DNA of 64,000 bases from Mycobacteriales bacterium (GCA_036268405.1 DATAUF010000077.1:17682-81681); one strand, 5' to 3'; positions 1 to 9,928 are shown, counted from the stretch's first letter. Notes: a model not told the origin generated them from the letters alone. Numbers and translations: made by a program.

Positions 1-914
1 TCGCGATCGCGCTGTTCGGCCACAACCTGGTGCACCTCTTCGAGCGGTATGCCTTCCCGTTGCTCGTCATCGCGTTCGGCCTTGGCGCGATCTGGACATT
101 CAAGGATGCGCACTACGGAGCAGCTCCGCCGTACCACGGCGGGATCGGGGGCTTCCTGATCTCGGTGGGCGCGACCTTCGGATACGCGTGCGGCTGGAAC
201 CCTTACGCCTCGGACTACACCCGTTACATGGCACCCGAGACGAGCAAGAAGGCGACGGCTTGGTGGAGCGGGTTCGGTGTCGCGCTGTCTTGCATCGTGC
301 TCGAGGTGGTCGGCGCGGCGTCAGCCACGATTTCAGGTGGTGCCGGCTTCGATGGTCCAGGCCCGTTCGTCTCGCCGTACCCACGCGTCATCCGCGACCT
401 CGTCCTGCTCTCGATCGCAGTTGGGGCCGTTGCCGCCAACGCGCTCAACATCTACTCCGGGGCGATCTCGTTCACGGCGCTCGGATTCAAGATCCCGCTG
501 AAGCTGCGGCGCGCGCTGATCGCGGGAGTATTCGGCGTCGCGGGCTTCGTCGTCGCGGCGCTCGGGATCAACAACATCGACAAGTACGAGAACTTCCTGC
601 TGATCATCGCGTACTGGATCGGACCCTGGCTTGCGGTCTACCTGGTGGATCAGCTGATCAATCCGGGCAACCACGCGGCGAAGCTGTTCGACCACAAACA
701 TGAGAACTGGGCCGGGCCCATCGCGATGGCAATCGGGATGGCGGTCTCAATCCCGTTGTTCTCCAACCAGACGAAGTTCGTCGCTTGGGTTCCTAAGCAT
801 CACCCCAAGTTCGGCGACCTGACCTTCGAGGTGGGCTTCGTGGTGGCCGCCGTCGTCTACTTCGTGCTCTTCAAGACTGGTATCGGCACGAAGAAGAAGG
901 CCGCAGCAGCCTGA
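1..914 (+). CDS. NCS1-family cytosine/purine permease (CodB-like), 5'-truncated at window edge
   Basis: Reading frame is open from the window start. The protein is a polytopic membrane protein with an NCS1-like C-terminal region, sitting directly upstream of cytosine deaminase and upp. Confidence 0.7.
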   Translation, partial: AIALFGHNLVHLFERYAFPLLVIAFGLGAIWTFKDAHYGAAPPYHGGIGGFLISVGATFGYACGWNPYASDYTRYMAPETSKKATAWWSGFGVALSCIVLEVVGAASATISGGAGFDGPGPFVSPYPRVIRDLVLLSIAVGAVAANALNIYSGAISFTALGFKIPLKLRRALIAGVFGVAGFVVAALGINNIDKYENFLLIIAYWIGPWLAVYLVDQLINPGNHAAKLFDHKHENWAGPIAMAIGMAVSIPLFSNQTKFVAWVPKHHPKFGDLTFEVGFVVAAVVYFVLFKTGIGTKKKAAAA

Positions 915-916
915 GG

Positions 917-1381
917 ATGACGCTCTCCTTCGACGACCGGCGCTGGCTCGGCGCGGCAATCGCCGAGGCCCGCGCCGGTCGCGACGAGGGGGGCATCCCG
1001 ATCGGCGGGGCACTGGTTGCCGACGGTGCGCTGCTGGCCGGCGGACACAACCGCCGCGTGCAGCACGGCAGCGCGATCCACCACGGCGAGACCAACGCGC
1101 TGGAGAACGCCGGACGCCAGCCGGCGAGTGTCTACCGGCGCTCCACGATGTACACCACGCTGTCGCCGTGCGACATGTGCTCCGGCGCGATCCTGCTCTA
1201 CGGCATCCCGCGGGTCGTGATCGGCGAGAACGTCACCTTCATGGGGGCGGAGGACCACCTTCGCAGCAGGGGGGTCGAGGTGATCGTCGCGGACGACGAG
1301 GAGTGCAAGACGCTGATGCGAGAGTTCATCTCCGCCAACCCCGAGTTGTGGAACGAGGACATCGGCGAGGAGGACAGTTGA
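917..1381 (+). CDS. cytosine deaminase, CDA-fold (yeast Fcy1-type) zinc deaminase
   Basis: The H-x-E motif (HHGETNALE) and the PC...C motif ([12 protein letters not shown]) of the cytidine/dCMP deaminase fold are present. The C-terminal region closely resembles Fcy1 ([10 protein letters not shown]...EDIGE). Start is 3 nt after the permease stop. Confidence 0.75.
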   Translation: MTLSFDDRRWLGAAIAEARAGRDEGGIPIGGALVADGALLAGGHNRRVQHGSAIHHGETNALENAGRQPASVYRRSTMYTTLSPCDMCSGAILLYGIPRVVIGENVTFMGAEDHLRSRGVEVIVADDEECKTLMREFISANPELWNEDIGEEDS

Positions 1382-1421
1382 ACTCCGGCGAAGCCGGTTC
1401 AACTGTTGGCCGGCGGGCGGG

Positions 1422-2069
1422 GTGGAGGTCGTGAGGGTCACCGTGGTCGACCACCCTGTGGTTGCCGCCAAGCTCAGTGCGCTGCGCGACGAGTCCACGC
1501 CCTCTCCGTTCTTCCGGCGGCTCGTGGACGACCTGGTCACGCTGCTCGCCTACGAGGCCACTCGCGCCGTCTCCGTCGAGCCAATGCAGATCACGACGCC
1601 GATCACGACCACCACGGGAGTACGGCTGACCTCGCCGCCGCCGCTCGTCGTACCCGTCCTTCGGGCCGGCGTCGGCATGCTCGACGGGTTGACCCGGCTG
1701 CTTCCCGATGCCGAGGTCGGCTTTGCCGGCCTGGCGCGCGACGAGCGGACCGCGCAACCGTCGTGGTACGCCGACCGGCTGCCTGAGGACGCAGCCGGCC
1801 GTGACGTTTTCGTGCTTGATCCGATGCTGGCCACCGGCGGCACCCTGGTGGCGGTGGTCGAGGCGCTGCTCGCTCGCGGAGCCGAGAAGGTGACCTGCGT
1901 GTGTCTGCTCGCTGCCCCGGAGGGTGTGGCCCGCGTGCAGGCGGCGTTCCCCGGAGACAACGTCTCGCTGGTGGTGGCCGCCGTGGACGAGCGGCTCGAC
2001 GAGCGCTCCTACATCGTCCCGGGCCTGGGTGATGCGGGCGACCGCCTCTTCGGCAGCGCCCCCGCCTGA
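1422..2069 (+). CDS. upp: uracil phosphoribosyltransferase
   Basis: Classic UPRT motifs are present: [15 protein letters not shown] and [15 protein letters not shown]. Start could be the GTG at 1422 or the one at 1431. Confidence 0.9.
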   Translation: MEVVRVTVVDHPVVAAKLSALRDESTPSPFFRRLVDDLVTLLAYEATRAVSVEPMQITTPITTTTGVRLTSPPPLVVPVLRAGVGMLDGLTRLLPDAEVGFAGLARDERTAQPSWYADRLPEDAAGRDVFVLDPMLATGGTLVAVVEALLARGAEKVTCVCLLAAPEGVARVQAAFPGDNVSLVVAAVDERLDERSYIVPGLGDAGDRLFGSAPA

Positions 2070-2106
2070 CACTGCGCCCGCCTGACACTGCGCCCGCCTG
2101 ACACCA
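2057..2106. repeat. 3x tandem 16-bp repeat GCGCCCGCCTGACAC(T/C); first unit includes the upp stop codon
   Basis: Read directly in the sequence as cgcctgacactgcgcccgcctgacactgcgcccgcctgacacc. Confidence 0.8.
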
Positions 2107-2113
2107 TGGAGGC

Positions 2114-3295
2114 GTGCGGTACCCGCTGTTCCTTGACCTGACCGGCCGCCGGGTTGTCGTGGTCGGCGGCGGAGCGGTCGCGACGCGGCGGGTGGCCGAC
2201 CTTGTTGCCGCCGGCGCGCGCGTCGTCGTTGTCGCGCCAGCAGTGGCCGCGGAGATTGCCGCCTCCGGCGTCGAGGTCCGCGAACGGCCGTATGCCGACG
2301 GAGATCTGGCGCAGGCGTGGCTGGTGCTCGCCTGCACCGACGATCCGCGACTCAATGCCGAGATTGCCGCTGCGGCCGAAGCGATCGGCATCTGGTGCAT
2401 CCGGGCAGACGACGCGGACGGCTCCGCAGCCTGGCGCCCTGCGTCGACGGCCGTCGACGACCTGACGGTGGCTGTCTCCGCCGGCGGTGATCCCGGTCGT
2501 GCAGCCGAGCTGCGCGACGTGATCGGCAACGCACTGCGTAGCGGCGCGCTGGCTCCTCGACGTCACCGGCCCACGGACGGGCGCGTCACGCTCGTCGGCG
2601 GCGGCCCCGGAGACCCGGACCTGCTGACGTTGCGCGGCATGCGGGCGCTGCTCGACGCCGACGTCGTCGTCACAGATCGGCTGGCTCCGACCGGGTTGCT
2701 CGACTCGCTGTCGGCCGAGGTCGAGGTGGTCGACGTCGGGAAGACGCCCGGCGGTCATGCGGCGGAGCAGGCCGATATCAACGCCCTGCTGGTGGAGCGC
2801 GCGCAGGCCGGGCAGCGCGTCGTACGGCTCAAGGGCGGGGACTCATTCGTCCTGGGCCGGGGGAGCGAGGAGGTCGACGCCTGCCGCGCCGCGGGCGTCC
2901 CGGTCGAGGTTGTGCCCGGCGTGACGAGTGCCACCGCCGCCGCCGCACTCGCCGGGATTGCGCTCACCGAACGCGGTACGACCCAGCAGTTCGTGGTGGC
3001 GAGCGGACATGTCCCCCCCGGTGACGAACGGTCGACCGTCGACTGGGCGACGCTGGCCGCGACCGACGCCACGTTGGTGTTGCTCATGGCCGTCGGCAAC
3101 CTTGCGCCGATCGCGGAGACGCTGATCGCGGGCGGTCGCAGCGCGGACTGCGGGGCGGCCATCGTCGAGAACGCCTCGCTGCCGTCCCAGCGTGTCGTGC
3201 GCGGTCGGCTAGCGGAGATCGCGGAGATCGCGGAGCGAGAGTCCGTCGTCCCGCCGGCGGTCGTGATTGTTGGCAAGGTCGTCCGGCTGCCCTGA
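2114..3295 (+). CDS. cysG: siroheme synthase-like bifunctional protein (N-terminal precorrin-2 dehydrogenase Rossmann domain fused to uroporphyrinogen-III C-methyltransferase)
   Basis: The N-terminus (YPLFLDLTGRRVVVVGGGAVA) matches CysG-N. The C-terminal SUMT domain carries TLVGGGPGDPDLLTLRG and VVRLKGGDSFV. The GTG start sits very close to a GGAGG, so the exact start is uncertain. Confidence 0.75.
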   Translation: MRYPLFLDLTGRRVVVVGGGAVATRRVADLVAAGARVVVVAPAVAAEIAASGVEVRERPYADGDLAQAWLVLACTDDPRLNAEIAAAAEAIGIWCIRADDADGSAAWRPASTAVDDLTVAVSAGGDPGRAAELRDVIGNALRSGALAPRRHRPTDGRVTLVGGGPGDPDLLTLRGMRALLDADVVVTDRLAPTGLLDSLSAEVEVVDVGKTPGGHAAEQADINALLVERAQAGQRVVRLKGGDSFVLGRGSEEVDACRAAGVPVEVVPGVTSATAAAALAGIALTERGTTQQFVVASGHVPPGDERSTVDWATLAATDATLVLLMAVGNLAPIAETLIAGGRSADCGAAIVENASLPSQRVVRGRLAEIAEIAERESVVPPAVVIVGKVVRLP

Positions 3296-3409
3296 TCGGC
3301 ACGCAGTGTCGGATGCCTGACAGATCGGCATCGATTGAACCCGCTTCGGGCCGTGGGTCGGTCAACCTCGGTACAGCGACAGGAGTGTCGCGACGACCGA
3401 GGAGGCTGG

Positions 3410-3847
3410 ATGTACCACCGCATCGTCGTAGGTACGGACGGGTCATCCACCGCGGACTGTGCGGTCGACGTCGCGGGTGGCCTGGCGTTGTTGATGGGTG
3501 CCGCGATCCACGTCGTCTCGGCGTACCGCCCGGCGCGTGCCGCAGCCGTTCTCGCAGGCTCCGGTGGAGGGCTGCCGTGGTTCGGCGAGGAGGAGCGCAG
3601 CGATGCCGAGGCCGTCCTTGAGGGGGCGACGGCACGGCTGAGTCGGGTGTCTCTCGCAGTGTCGGCGGTCAGTCGGCTCGGTGACGCAGCGGACGTGTTG
3701 CTCGCGGTCGCCGAGGAGGTCGACGCCGACCTGATCGTCGTCGGCAACCGGGGGCTGACCGGCGTACGCCGCTATCTCCTTGGCGGCGTTGCCGACCGGG
3801 TAGCCCACCACGCGCCGTGCAGTGTCCACATCGTCCACGCCTGCTAG
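3410..3847 (+). CDS. universal stress protein (UspA family)
   Basis: The sequence contains HRIVVGTDGS ... LIVVGNRGLTGVRRYLLGGVADRVAHHAPCSVHIVH. A GGAGG lies 4 nt upstream of the ATG at 3410. Confidence 0.8.
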   Translation: MYHRIVVGTDGSSTADCAVDVAGGLALLMGAAIHVVSAYRPARAAAVLAGSGGGLPWFGEEERSDAEAVLEGATARLSRVSLAVSAVSRLGDAADVLLAVAEEVDADLIVVGNRGLTGVRRYLLGGVADRVAHHAPCSVHIVHAC

Positions 3848-3895
3848 CTCCGTGACATGATTTGCGGGGCCACTGAGCAGTATCCCGGGGGGACC

Positions 3896-4624
3896 ATGGC
3901 CGAGTCGGGTCGCGCAGGGCGGCGTCGCGAGTGGACGAGAGCCGAGCTCATCGAGATCTTCGGATCCGTCCTGCTCTTCAGCCGACTCCCTGGGCCGCAG
4001 CTAGAGGCGGTCGCGCTGGCGGCCGAGCGCCAGGCGTTTCGCCGCGGTGCGCTGATCATCCGGCAGGGCACTGAGGGCGATGGCCTCTACGTCGTGGCGA
4101 GCGGTTCGGTCCTCGTCAGTCGCGAGGCACGGTCGGGGTCGAAGCGCGCGCTGAATGTGATCGAGGCGCCGGGCTCATTCGGTGAGCTCGCGTTGCTCGA
4201 CAACCGCACCCGTTCCGCCTCGATCGAGGCGCTCGAGGACAGCGAGCTCTTCTGCATCTCCCGCGAGTCGTTCCTCGGGCTGTTGTCGAAGGATCCGCGG
4301 CTGGTCGACGGCCTGATCCGCGAACTCGGCCGCATGATCCGTCGGCTCAGCGATCAGGTGGCCGACGAGGGGCTGCTCGACCTTCCAAGCCGGGTGGCGA
4401 AGACGTTGCTCCGGCTGATCGATCACCAGGGGCCGCTCAAGTCCGGCGACCAGCCCGTGGTGGCGCTCACTCAGGGAAAGCTTGCCGACCTGGCAGGAGG
4501 CAGCCGCCAGAGTGTCAACGGGGCGCTGTCGTCATTCGTCGTGCGTGGTCTGATCCGGATCGAGACGCGTCAGATCGTCATCACCGATCTCGCCGGCTTG
4601 CGTGCCCGTGCGGGAGTGACCTAG
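3896..4624 (+). CDS. Crp/Fnr-family transcriptional regulator (cNMP-binding domain + C-terminal HTH)
   Basis: A cNMP-binding signature (GDGLYVVASGSV ... FGELALL) is followed by an HTH region (LTQGKLADLAGGSRQSVNGAL). The ATG at 3896 is preferred over the track start at 3857. Confidence 0.8.
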   Translation: MAESGRAGRRREWTRAELIEIFGSVLLFSRLPGPQLEAVALAAERQAFRRGALIIRQGTEGDGLYVVASGSVLVSREARSGSKRALNVIEAPGSFGELALLDNRTRSASIEALEDSELFCISRESFLGLLSKDPRLVDGLIRELGRMIRRLSDQVADEGLLDLPSRVAKTLLRLIDHQGPLKSGDQPVVALTQGKLADLAGGSRQSVNGALSSFVVRGLIRIETRQIVITDLAGLRARAGVT

Positions 4625-4650
4625 CCCCTCGTGGGTGCGGTTCATCGGAG

Positions 4651-4689
4651 CGATGCCGGACGGCCACGGGGGCAGCCGCCCGGCATCGC
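4651..4689 (+). terminator. GC-rich hairpin downstream of Crp-like gene (candidate intrinsic terminator)
   Basis: Inverted repeat cgatgccggacgg / ccgcccggcatcg with a 13-nt loop. No T-tract follows. Confidence 0.35.
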
Positions 4690-4833
4690 GTCAGGGAGCG
4701 TTGGCGCCGGATCCCCCCGCAGATCTCGGATCCGCACAGCGCTGATCTGTAGCGTGCCAGGCTGCGTGCGCGCCGTCCATAGGTACGGTCGGTGCGGATA
4801 GCGCATTCAGGTTAGGTCGAGAAAGGAACTGTC

Positions 4834-5040
4834 GTGGCTGACCAGACGTACGGCATCAGCGAGATCGTCGGGACCAGCCCGGAGAGCCTCGAGGCGGCAA
4901 TCCGAAATGGGGTCGCAAAAGCGTCGCAGACGGTGCGCAACCTGGACTGGGTCGAGGTGTCGTCGATTCGCGGTCAGCTCAAGGACGGCGCAGTCGCGCA
5001 CTTCCAGGTGCAGATGAAAGTCGGCTTCCGCATCGAGTAG
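4834..5040 (+). CDS. dodecin (flavin-binding/storage protein)
   Basis: A 68-aa protein that I recognise as the dodecin family (IEIVGTSP ... AHFQV.MKVGFR.E). GTG start with a GAAAGGAAC RBS. Confidence 0.85.
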   Translation: MADQTYGISEIVGTSPESLEAAIRNGVAKASQTVRNLDWVEVSSIRGQLKDGAVAHFQVQMKVGFRIE

Positions 5041-5046
5041 GACCAG

Positions 5047-5090
5047 TTGTCAGGCTCAGCACACGCCAGAGCGTGCGGAGAGCCTGACAA
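5047..5090. terminator. long hairpin between convergent genes (dodecin + / pmbA -); TGTCAGGC...GCCTGACA class
   Basis: TTGTCAGGCTC ... GAGCCTGACAA forms an 11-bp perfect stem, with an inner CACGC/GCGTG stem. Confidence 0.6.
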
Positions 5091-5096
5091 TCTCGC

Positions 5097-6530
5097 TCAG
5101 GATGCTTGGCTGACCGTGCTCATGTTGAAGTCGGCCACGCGTACGGCGGGCATCCGGGTCCGGGTGAAGTAGTCGCCGAACTCGCGGGCGAGCGTCTCAT
5201 CGGTGCGGCCGACCTCGATGACTCGTTTCAGCATGGCGACCGGGCTCTCATTGAACCGGAAGTTGTTGACCGCGCCGACCACCTCGCCGCCTTCGACAAG
5301 GAACACGCCGTCACGGGTCAGGCCGGTCAGCAACAGCGTCTGCGGATCGACCTCGCGGATGTACCAGAGGCAGGTCAGCAGCAGCCCGCGATCGGTCGAC
5401 GCGACCAGATCAGTGACCGACGCAGCGCCGCCGGGCGCCGTCATCTCGAGGTTGTCGATCCACGGGGTGAACGGCAGTCCGGTCAACGAAGCGGAGTGCC
5501 GAGTCTGGATCAGTGCGGCGAGCTCGCCGTCGCGGATCCAGTCGGTCGGCGCGACCGGCGCGCCGTTGTCGAATACCGATGCCATCCGGCTTGAGGAGCC
5601 CGCGACGACGAACGGCGTAGCTTCCTGACCCAGCATCGCCGGGTCACTGCGAAGTGTGAGCGGTACGTCGGTCAGCTGCTCGCCGACCCGCGTCCCTCCA
5701 CCGGCGCGCGAGAAGACCGACTGACCCTCGTGCGCATCGAGTGCGCCGGCAGTCCAGTACAGATAGACCATCAGGTCCGCGACGGCCGACGGCGGCAGGA
5801 TCGTCGGGTACCGGCCTGCCTCCAGCGCCACCTTCCGCTCGCCCCACGCGAGGCGTTGCGCGACATCGGCCTCGAGCGCCGCAAGATCGAGCGCGGCGAC
5901 GTCCGCGGCCCCCTGACCGCTCCAGGCCGACCTCGAGCCGTCAGCGGTGCGACCGGTCAGCTCGAGCCGCACACTTGGCTGCGCGTAGCGCAGTCGCAGA
6001 CCGGTGGACGTGCCGACGAAGGTCGTGTCGATCGAATGCTCGGCGTAGCCGAACCTGCCCTGCCCGGCACCGCGCGCCGAAGCAAAGATCTCGCCGAGCC
6101 AGGACGCGATGCCGCCGAGTGCAGCAACCGGCGCTTCGAGCGCCTGCGCGTCCCAGTCGCCGGACGACGCGCCTTGCAGCAGGGGAGCGGCGTCATCCGC
6201 CGCGGTCGAGGCACGCGCCGCTTCCTCGGCCTCGCGGACGAGGACGTCGACGTGGTCGGCGGAGGTGACGTTGCGGCTGACGGAGGCCGCCCGAGTGCCG
6301 TCGGTGCCGTTCACCGTCGCGACGACCGTGAGGTCGAGGGTCTCGGTGACGCCGTTGGTCGTCAGTGTGTTGTTGGCCCAGCGCAGATTGGTCGACGCGG
6401 TGTTGCTCGCAATCGCCACGCACCCATCGGTGCTGCTCGCGGCGAGCGCCCGCTCGATCGCCTCTTGCGGCGCCACGCCCCCTCTCACGTCCACGTCCCT
6501 GCCCGCCACCCAACGAAGGATGGCGGCCAT
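5097..6530 (-). CDS. pmbA: PmbA/TldE (TldD-partner) metalloprotease-family protein
   Basis: TldD/PmbA family architecture. It lies directly downstream of tldD on the same strand with a 10-bp gap. Confidence 0.8.
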   Translation of the reverse strand: MAAILRWVAGRDVDVRGGVAPQEAIERALAASSTDGCVAIASNTASTNLRWANNTLTTNGVTETLDLTVVATVNGTDGTRAASVSRNVTSADHVDVLVREAEEAARASTAADDAAPLLQGASSGDWDAQALEAPVAALGGIASWLGEIFASARGAGQGRFGYAEHSIDTTFVGTSTGLRLRYAQPSVRLELTGRTADGSRSAWSGQGAADVAALDLAALEADVAQRLAWGERKVALEAGRYPTILPPSAVADLMVYLYWTAGALDAHEGQSVFSRAGGGTRVGEQLTDVPLTLRSDPAMLGQEATPFVVAGSSSRMASVFDNGAPVAPTDWIRDGELAALIQTRHSASLTGLPFTPWIDNLEMTAPGGAASVTDLVASTDRGLLLTCLWYIREVDPQTLLLTGLTRDGVFLVEGGEVVGAVNNFRFNESPVAMLKRVIEVGRTDETLAREFGDYFTRTRMPAVRVADFNMSTVSQAS

Positions 6531-6540
6531 CGCCGCCAGC

Positions 6541-8046
6541 TCATTTTCCGGCCTCCTGCGTGGCGTTGAGGATGTTCACGCCTTGGAACAGGGCCGCCGG
6601 ACAGCCATGGCTCACTGCGGCGACCTGACCTGGCTGACCCTTGCCACAGTTGAATGCGCCGCCGAGAACGTAGGTTTGCGGACCGCCGACGGCCGCCATC
6701 GATCCCCAGAAGTCTGTGGTCATCGACTGGTACGCCGCATCGCGGACCTGCCCAGCGATCTTGCCGCCCTTGATCCGGAAGAAACGCTGTCCGGTGAACT
6801 GGAAGTTGTAACGCTGCATGTCGATCGACCACGACTTGTCGCCGACGACATAGAGCCCGTTCTCGACGCCTGCGATGAGCTCGTCGGTCGACGGGCCGCC
6901 TGACGCCGGTTGCAGGGACACGTTGGCCATTCTTTGGATCGGGACGTGCAAGGGGGAGTCGGAGAACGCGCAGCCGTTCGACCGTGCGATTCCCGACAGC
7001 GCCGCGGTGCGCCGGTCGAGCTGGTAGCCGACAAGAGTGCCGTCCTTCACGAGGTCCCAGGTCTGCGCCGCGACGCCTTCGTCGTCGAACGCCACCGACG
7101 ACAGCCCGTGCTCGGCTTGCCGGTCGCCCGTGACGTGCATGAGATCGCTGCCGTAGCGCAGCGTTCCCAGCTTGTCGGGAGTGGCGAACGACGTCCCCGC
7201 GTAGTTGGCCTCGTAGCCGAGCGCGCGATCCAGCTCGGTCGCATGCCCGATGGACTCGTGGATTGTGAGCCAGAGGTTGGACGGGTCGATCACCAGGTCG
7301 TATCGACCCGGCTCGACGGACGGCGCCTTCGCCTTCTCGGCCAGCCACTCCGGGACCTGCGCGAGCTCGGTGTCCCAGTCGTAGCCGTCCGTCATCCACT
7401 CCCAGCCGCGGCCCACCGGCGGTGCGATGGTGCGCATCGTCTCGAAGCGCCCGGAGGACTCATCGACCCACAGCACCGTGAGCTGGCACTGCATGCGCAC
7501 TCGCTGCTGCGTCGTGACCGTGCCCGCCAGATCGGCAAAGAACTTGTTCTCCCTGACCTGTTTCAGGCCGGCGTCCGCGTGCGTGACGATGTCCGCCGAG
7601 AGCAGTCGGCTCGACCAGTCGGCGAGCAAGGCGATGCGGTCGCCCTCGCCGATCGAGAACGGGTCGACGTCGTACGCCGACACCCACGTCTGCTCGCCGT
7701 GCGACGGCTCGGCGGCGAGCTCGATCCGCTCGCCGGTGACGGGCTTGGAGACCTTCGCGACCTCGACCGCGCGGTCGACGAGCGCACGCGCGGCGGAGGG
7801 ACCGATCACGGCGCCGCCCGCGAATCCCCATGTCCCGTCGTGCACGACTCGCACCGCGAGCCCGCTTTCGTCGTCGTCGTGGCTGGTCTCCAGGCGAGCG
7901 TCGTGCAGCGCGAGGTCGGCGGTGCGGATCCGCTCGACCCGGACGTCGGCATGCTCGAGCTTGAGCTCGCGGGCACGTTCGAGGACGGCGTCTGCGATCG
8001 CGCGGAGCGGTAGGGCGGTGAACTCAGGATCGATCGCGTGGACCAT
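6541..8046 (-). CDS. tldD: TldD metalloprotease
   Basis: The HESIGHATELD motif is present. Start is set at the ATG at 8046 (MVHAIDPEF), with GAGAGG upstream. The Arg-rich extension in the track is discarded. Confidence 0.85.
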   Translation of the reverse strand: MVHAIDPEFTALPLRAIADAVLERARELKLEHADVRVERIRTADLALHDARLETSHDDDESGLAVRVVHDGTWGFAGGAVIGPSAARALVDRAVEVAKVSKPVTGERIELAAEPSHGEQTWVSAYDVDPFSIGEGDRIALLADWSSRLLSADIVTHADAGLKQVRENKFFADLAGTVTTQQRVRMQCQLTVLWVDESSGRFETMRTIAPPVGRGWEWMTDGYDWDTELAQVPEWLAEKAKAPSVEPGRYDLVIDPSNLWLTIHESIGHATELDRALGYEANYAGTSFATPDKLGTLRYGSDLMHVTGDRQAEHGLSSVAFDDEGVAAQTWDLVKDGTLVGYQLDRRTAALSGIARSNGCAFSDSPLHVPIQRMANVSLQPASGGPSTDELIAGVENGLYVVGDKSWSIDMQRYNFQFTGQRFFRIKGGKIAGQVRDAAYQSMTTDFWGSMAAVGGPQTYVLGGAFNCGKGQPGQVAAVSHGCPAALFQGVNILNATQEAGK

Positions 8047-8080
8047 GCGCCGACGCACTACCTCTCTGGGGCCGGAGTGG

Positions 8081-9034
8081 CTAGCGGGTGACGTCGAGGA
8101 CGAGCTTGCCGGTCGACTTTCGTGCGCGGAGATCCTCGTGCGCGTTCCTGGCGTCGGCGAGGGCGTACGTCGTGCCGACCACCGGCGACAGCCTGCCTTC
8201 CGCAACGAGGTCGAGCATCTCGGCCATCGGCTCGTTGATCATGCCCGGACGCCCGATGCAGTTCGACAGCCAGTAGCCGACGATTGTCCGGCTGCCGATC
8301 ATCAGCGCGCGGGGCTCGACCGCTTTCGGCGGTACGCGGCCCGCCATCCCGTAGGTCGCGATCCGGCCGAATGGCGCGAGCGCCTCAAGGCTCGCGTCGA
8401 ACGCGTCGCCCCCGGTCATCTCAAGCACGATGTCGATGGGCTTTCCGCCGTTGGCGTCGTGGAGCGCGGCCTTCAAGTCCTCGGAGGCGCCGTCGACGGT
8501 GGCGTCGGCGCCGAGCCGTTCGGCCAGTGCTCGCTTCTCCGGCGAGGACGCCACCCCGATGACCCGGCCGGCCCCCCACAGCTTCGCGAGCTGGATCGCG
8601 AGAGTCCCGACGCCGCCCGCGGCGGCGTGAACCACCACCGACTCGCCGGCCGCCAGGTGCGTCGACGTCCGCAGCAGGTGCCACGCCGTGAGTCCCTGCA
8701 CCATCAGCGCCAACGCCTGGCCGTCGTCGACGGCATCCGGCAGCGCGAAGCTGAGGAACGAAGGAGCGAGTGCCCACTCGGCGTAGCCGCCGGCCCCGAC
8801 GAGGGAGGCGATTCGGCGACCGTCAGGCAGAGTTCCGACAACCTCGCTGCCGGGAACGAGCGGGAGGTTCGTCGCCGATATGTAGCTGTTCTCGGTCTGG
8901 TGGGTGTCGGCGTAGTTGATGCCGGAACTGCTCACCTTGACGAGGTCGAAGCCTTCGGACGGCGTGGGTTCGGGAAGCTCCGCAAGCGTCAGTACCTCAG
9001 GGCCGCCGTACTCCGTGATCTGGATTGCGCGCAC
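8081..9034 (-). CDS. NADPH:quinone oxidoreductase / zinc-type alcohol dehydrogenase-like (MDR superfamily)
   Basis: The sequence contains MRAIQITEYGGPEVL, GINYADTH and AAGGVGTLAIQLAK. The start codon is GTG. Confidence 0.8.
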   Translation of the reverse strand: MRAIQITEYGGPEVLTLAELPEPTPSEGFDLVKVSSSGINYADTHQTENSYISATNLPLVPGSEVVGTLPDGRRIASLVGAGGYAEWALAPSFLSFALPDAVDDGQALALMVQGLTAWHLLRTSTHLAAGESVVVHAAAGGVGTLAIQLAKLWGAGRVIGVASSPEKRALAERLGADATVDGASEDLKAALHDANGGKPIDIVLEMTGGDAFDASLEALAPFGRIATYGMAGRVPPKAVEPRALMIGSRTIVGYWLSNCIGRPGMINEPMAEMLDLVAEGRLSPVVGTTYALADARNAHEDLRARKSTGKLVLDVTR

Positions 9035-9070
9035 GATCCGACCCTACTGGCGGGACGCAGCGTTGCGGAC

Positions 9071-9928
9071 TCAGATCTCCGCGGGAACTGCCTCGGCGGC
9101 GAAGTGCGCGACCGCCGGCACCGGTTGGTGAGCGACGGGCGCCGGCGCAGGGTGAGCCCGGGGCGACCGGCCGACGGCCGGCGAGAGATAGACAGGCGCG
9201 AGATCCGCCTCGACGGGGGCGCATGCGACGCCCACTGGGGTGATGAACGCCGATGCGGCGACGAGTCCGCGCCCACGTACCCATGCCGGAACGTCGTCGA
9301 TCTCGACCGGCCGGCCGATGCCCAGGACCATTCCGACGGTGCGCACCATGATCCAGAGGTCCAGGCGCACCGAGGCGTGGCGCACGTAGAACAGGTCGAA
9401 CCTCGGCGCACCGGTCGCCACCGCGGATGTCGCCGTGCTGATCTGCCAGAGACCCGTGCAGCCCGGCCGTACCGCGCTGCGCAGCGTGTCGAAGTAGGCG
9501 TCGACCGCCTCGACAGCATCAGGAAGCCGCGGTCGCGGGCCGACGAGGGTCATGGAGCCGAACGGCACGAGGAACAACTGCGGCAGCTCGTCGAGATGCG
9601 TACGCCGCAGCAGCTCGCACAGGCGGGGAAGGCCCATCCCACCGAAGTCCAGCTCGAGCTTGCTGGCGTAGTGCGGGGTGGAGGGCGGCAGCGTGCGCAG
9701 CTTGAGGATGGTGAACGGCTTGCCGTTGCGGCCGGGTCGCGTCTGGGCGAAGAACGGGTTGGAACGCAGCAGGACTCCCAGCGCGATGGCCAGGAGCAAC
9801 ACCACGGGAAGGGCGGCAACGCTCAGCAGCGTTCCGACGATGACGTCGATGACACGCTTGCCTGCCGCGGTCGCGTGGCTCGTTGAAGTCCCCCCGCTCG
9901 TCCGGAGCGGCACGGCGCCCCTTCCCAT
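9071..9928 (-). CDS. bacterial sugar transferase (polyprenyl-phosphate glycosyl-1-phosphate transferase, WbaP/WcaJ C-terminal-domain type)
   Basis: The sequence KRVIDVIVG...PFFAQTRPGRNGKPFTILKLRTL with one TM segment matches this family. Start is ambiguous between ATG 9928 and GTG 9973. Confidence 0.65.
   Translation of the reverse strand: MGRGAVPLRTSGGTSTSHATAAGKRVIDVIVGTLLSVAALPVVLLLAIALGVLLRSNPFFAQTRPGRNGKPFTILKLRTLPPSTPHYASKLELDFGGMGLPRLCELLRRTHLDELPQLFLVPFGSMTLVGPRPRLPDAVEAVDAYFDTLRSAVRPGCTGLWQISTATSAVATGAPRFDLFYVRHASVRLDLWIMVRTVGMVLGIGRPVEIDDVPAWVRGRGLVAASAFITPVGVACAPVEADLAPVYLSPAVGRSPRAHPAPAPVAHQPVPAVAHFAAEAVPAEI

Noticed and set aside
7427-9886. An 819-aa ORF on the + strand; similar very long Arg/Pro/Gly-rich ORFs also occur at 10138-11670(-), 17363-19342(-), 46994-49162(- N-terminal part), 48611-49885(+), 58059-60005(+) and 62458-63756(-).
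   Set aside because: They are antisense or out of frame to well-supported genes. Their low-complexity composition is typical of spurious open frames in 70% GC DNA, and they have no domain signatures.
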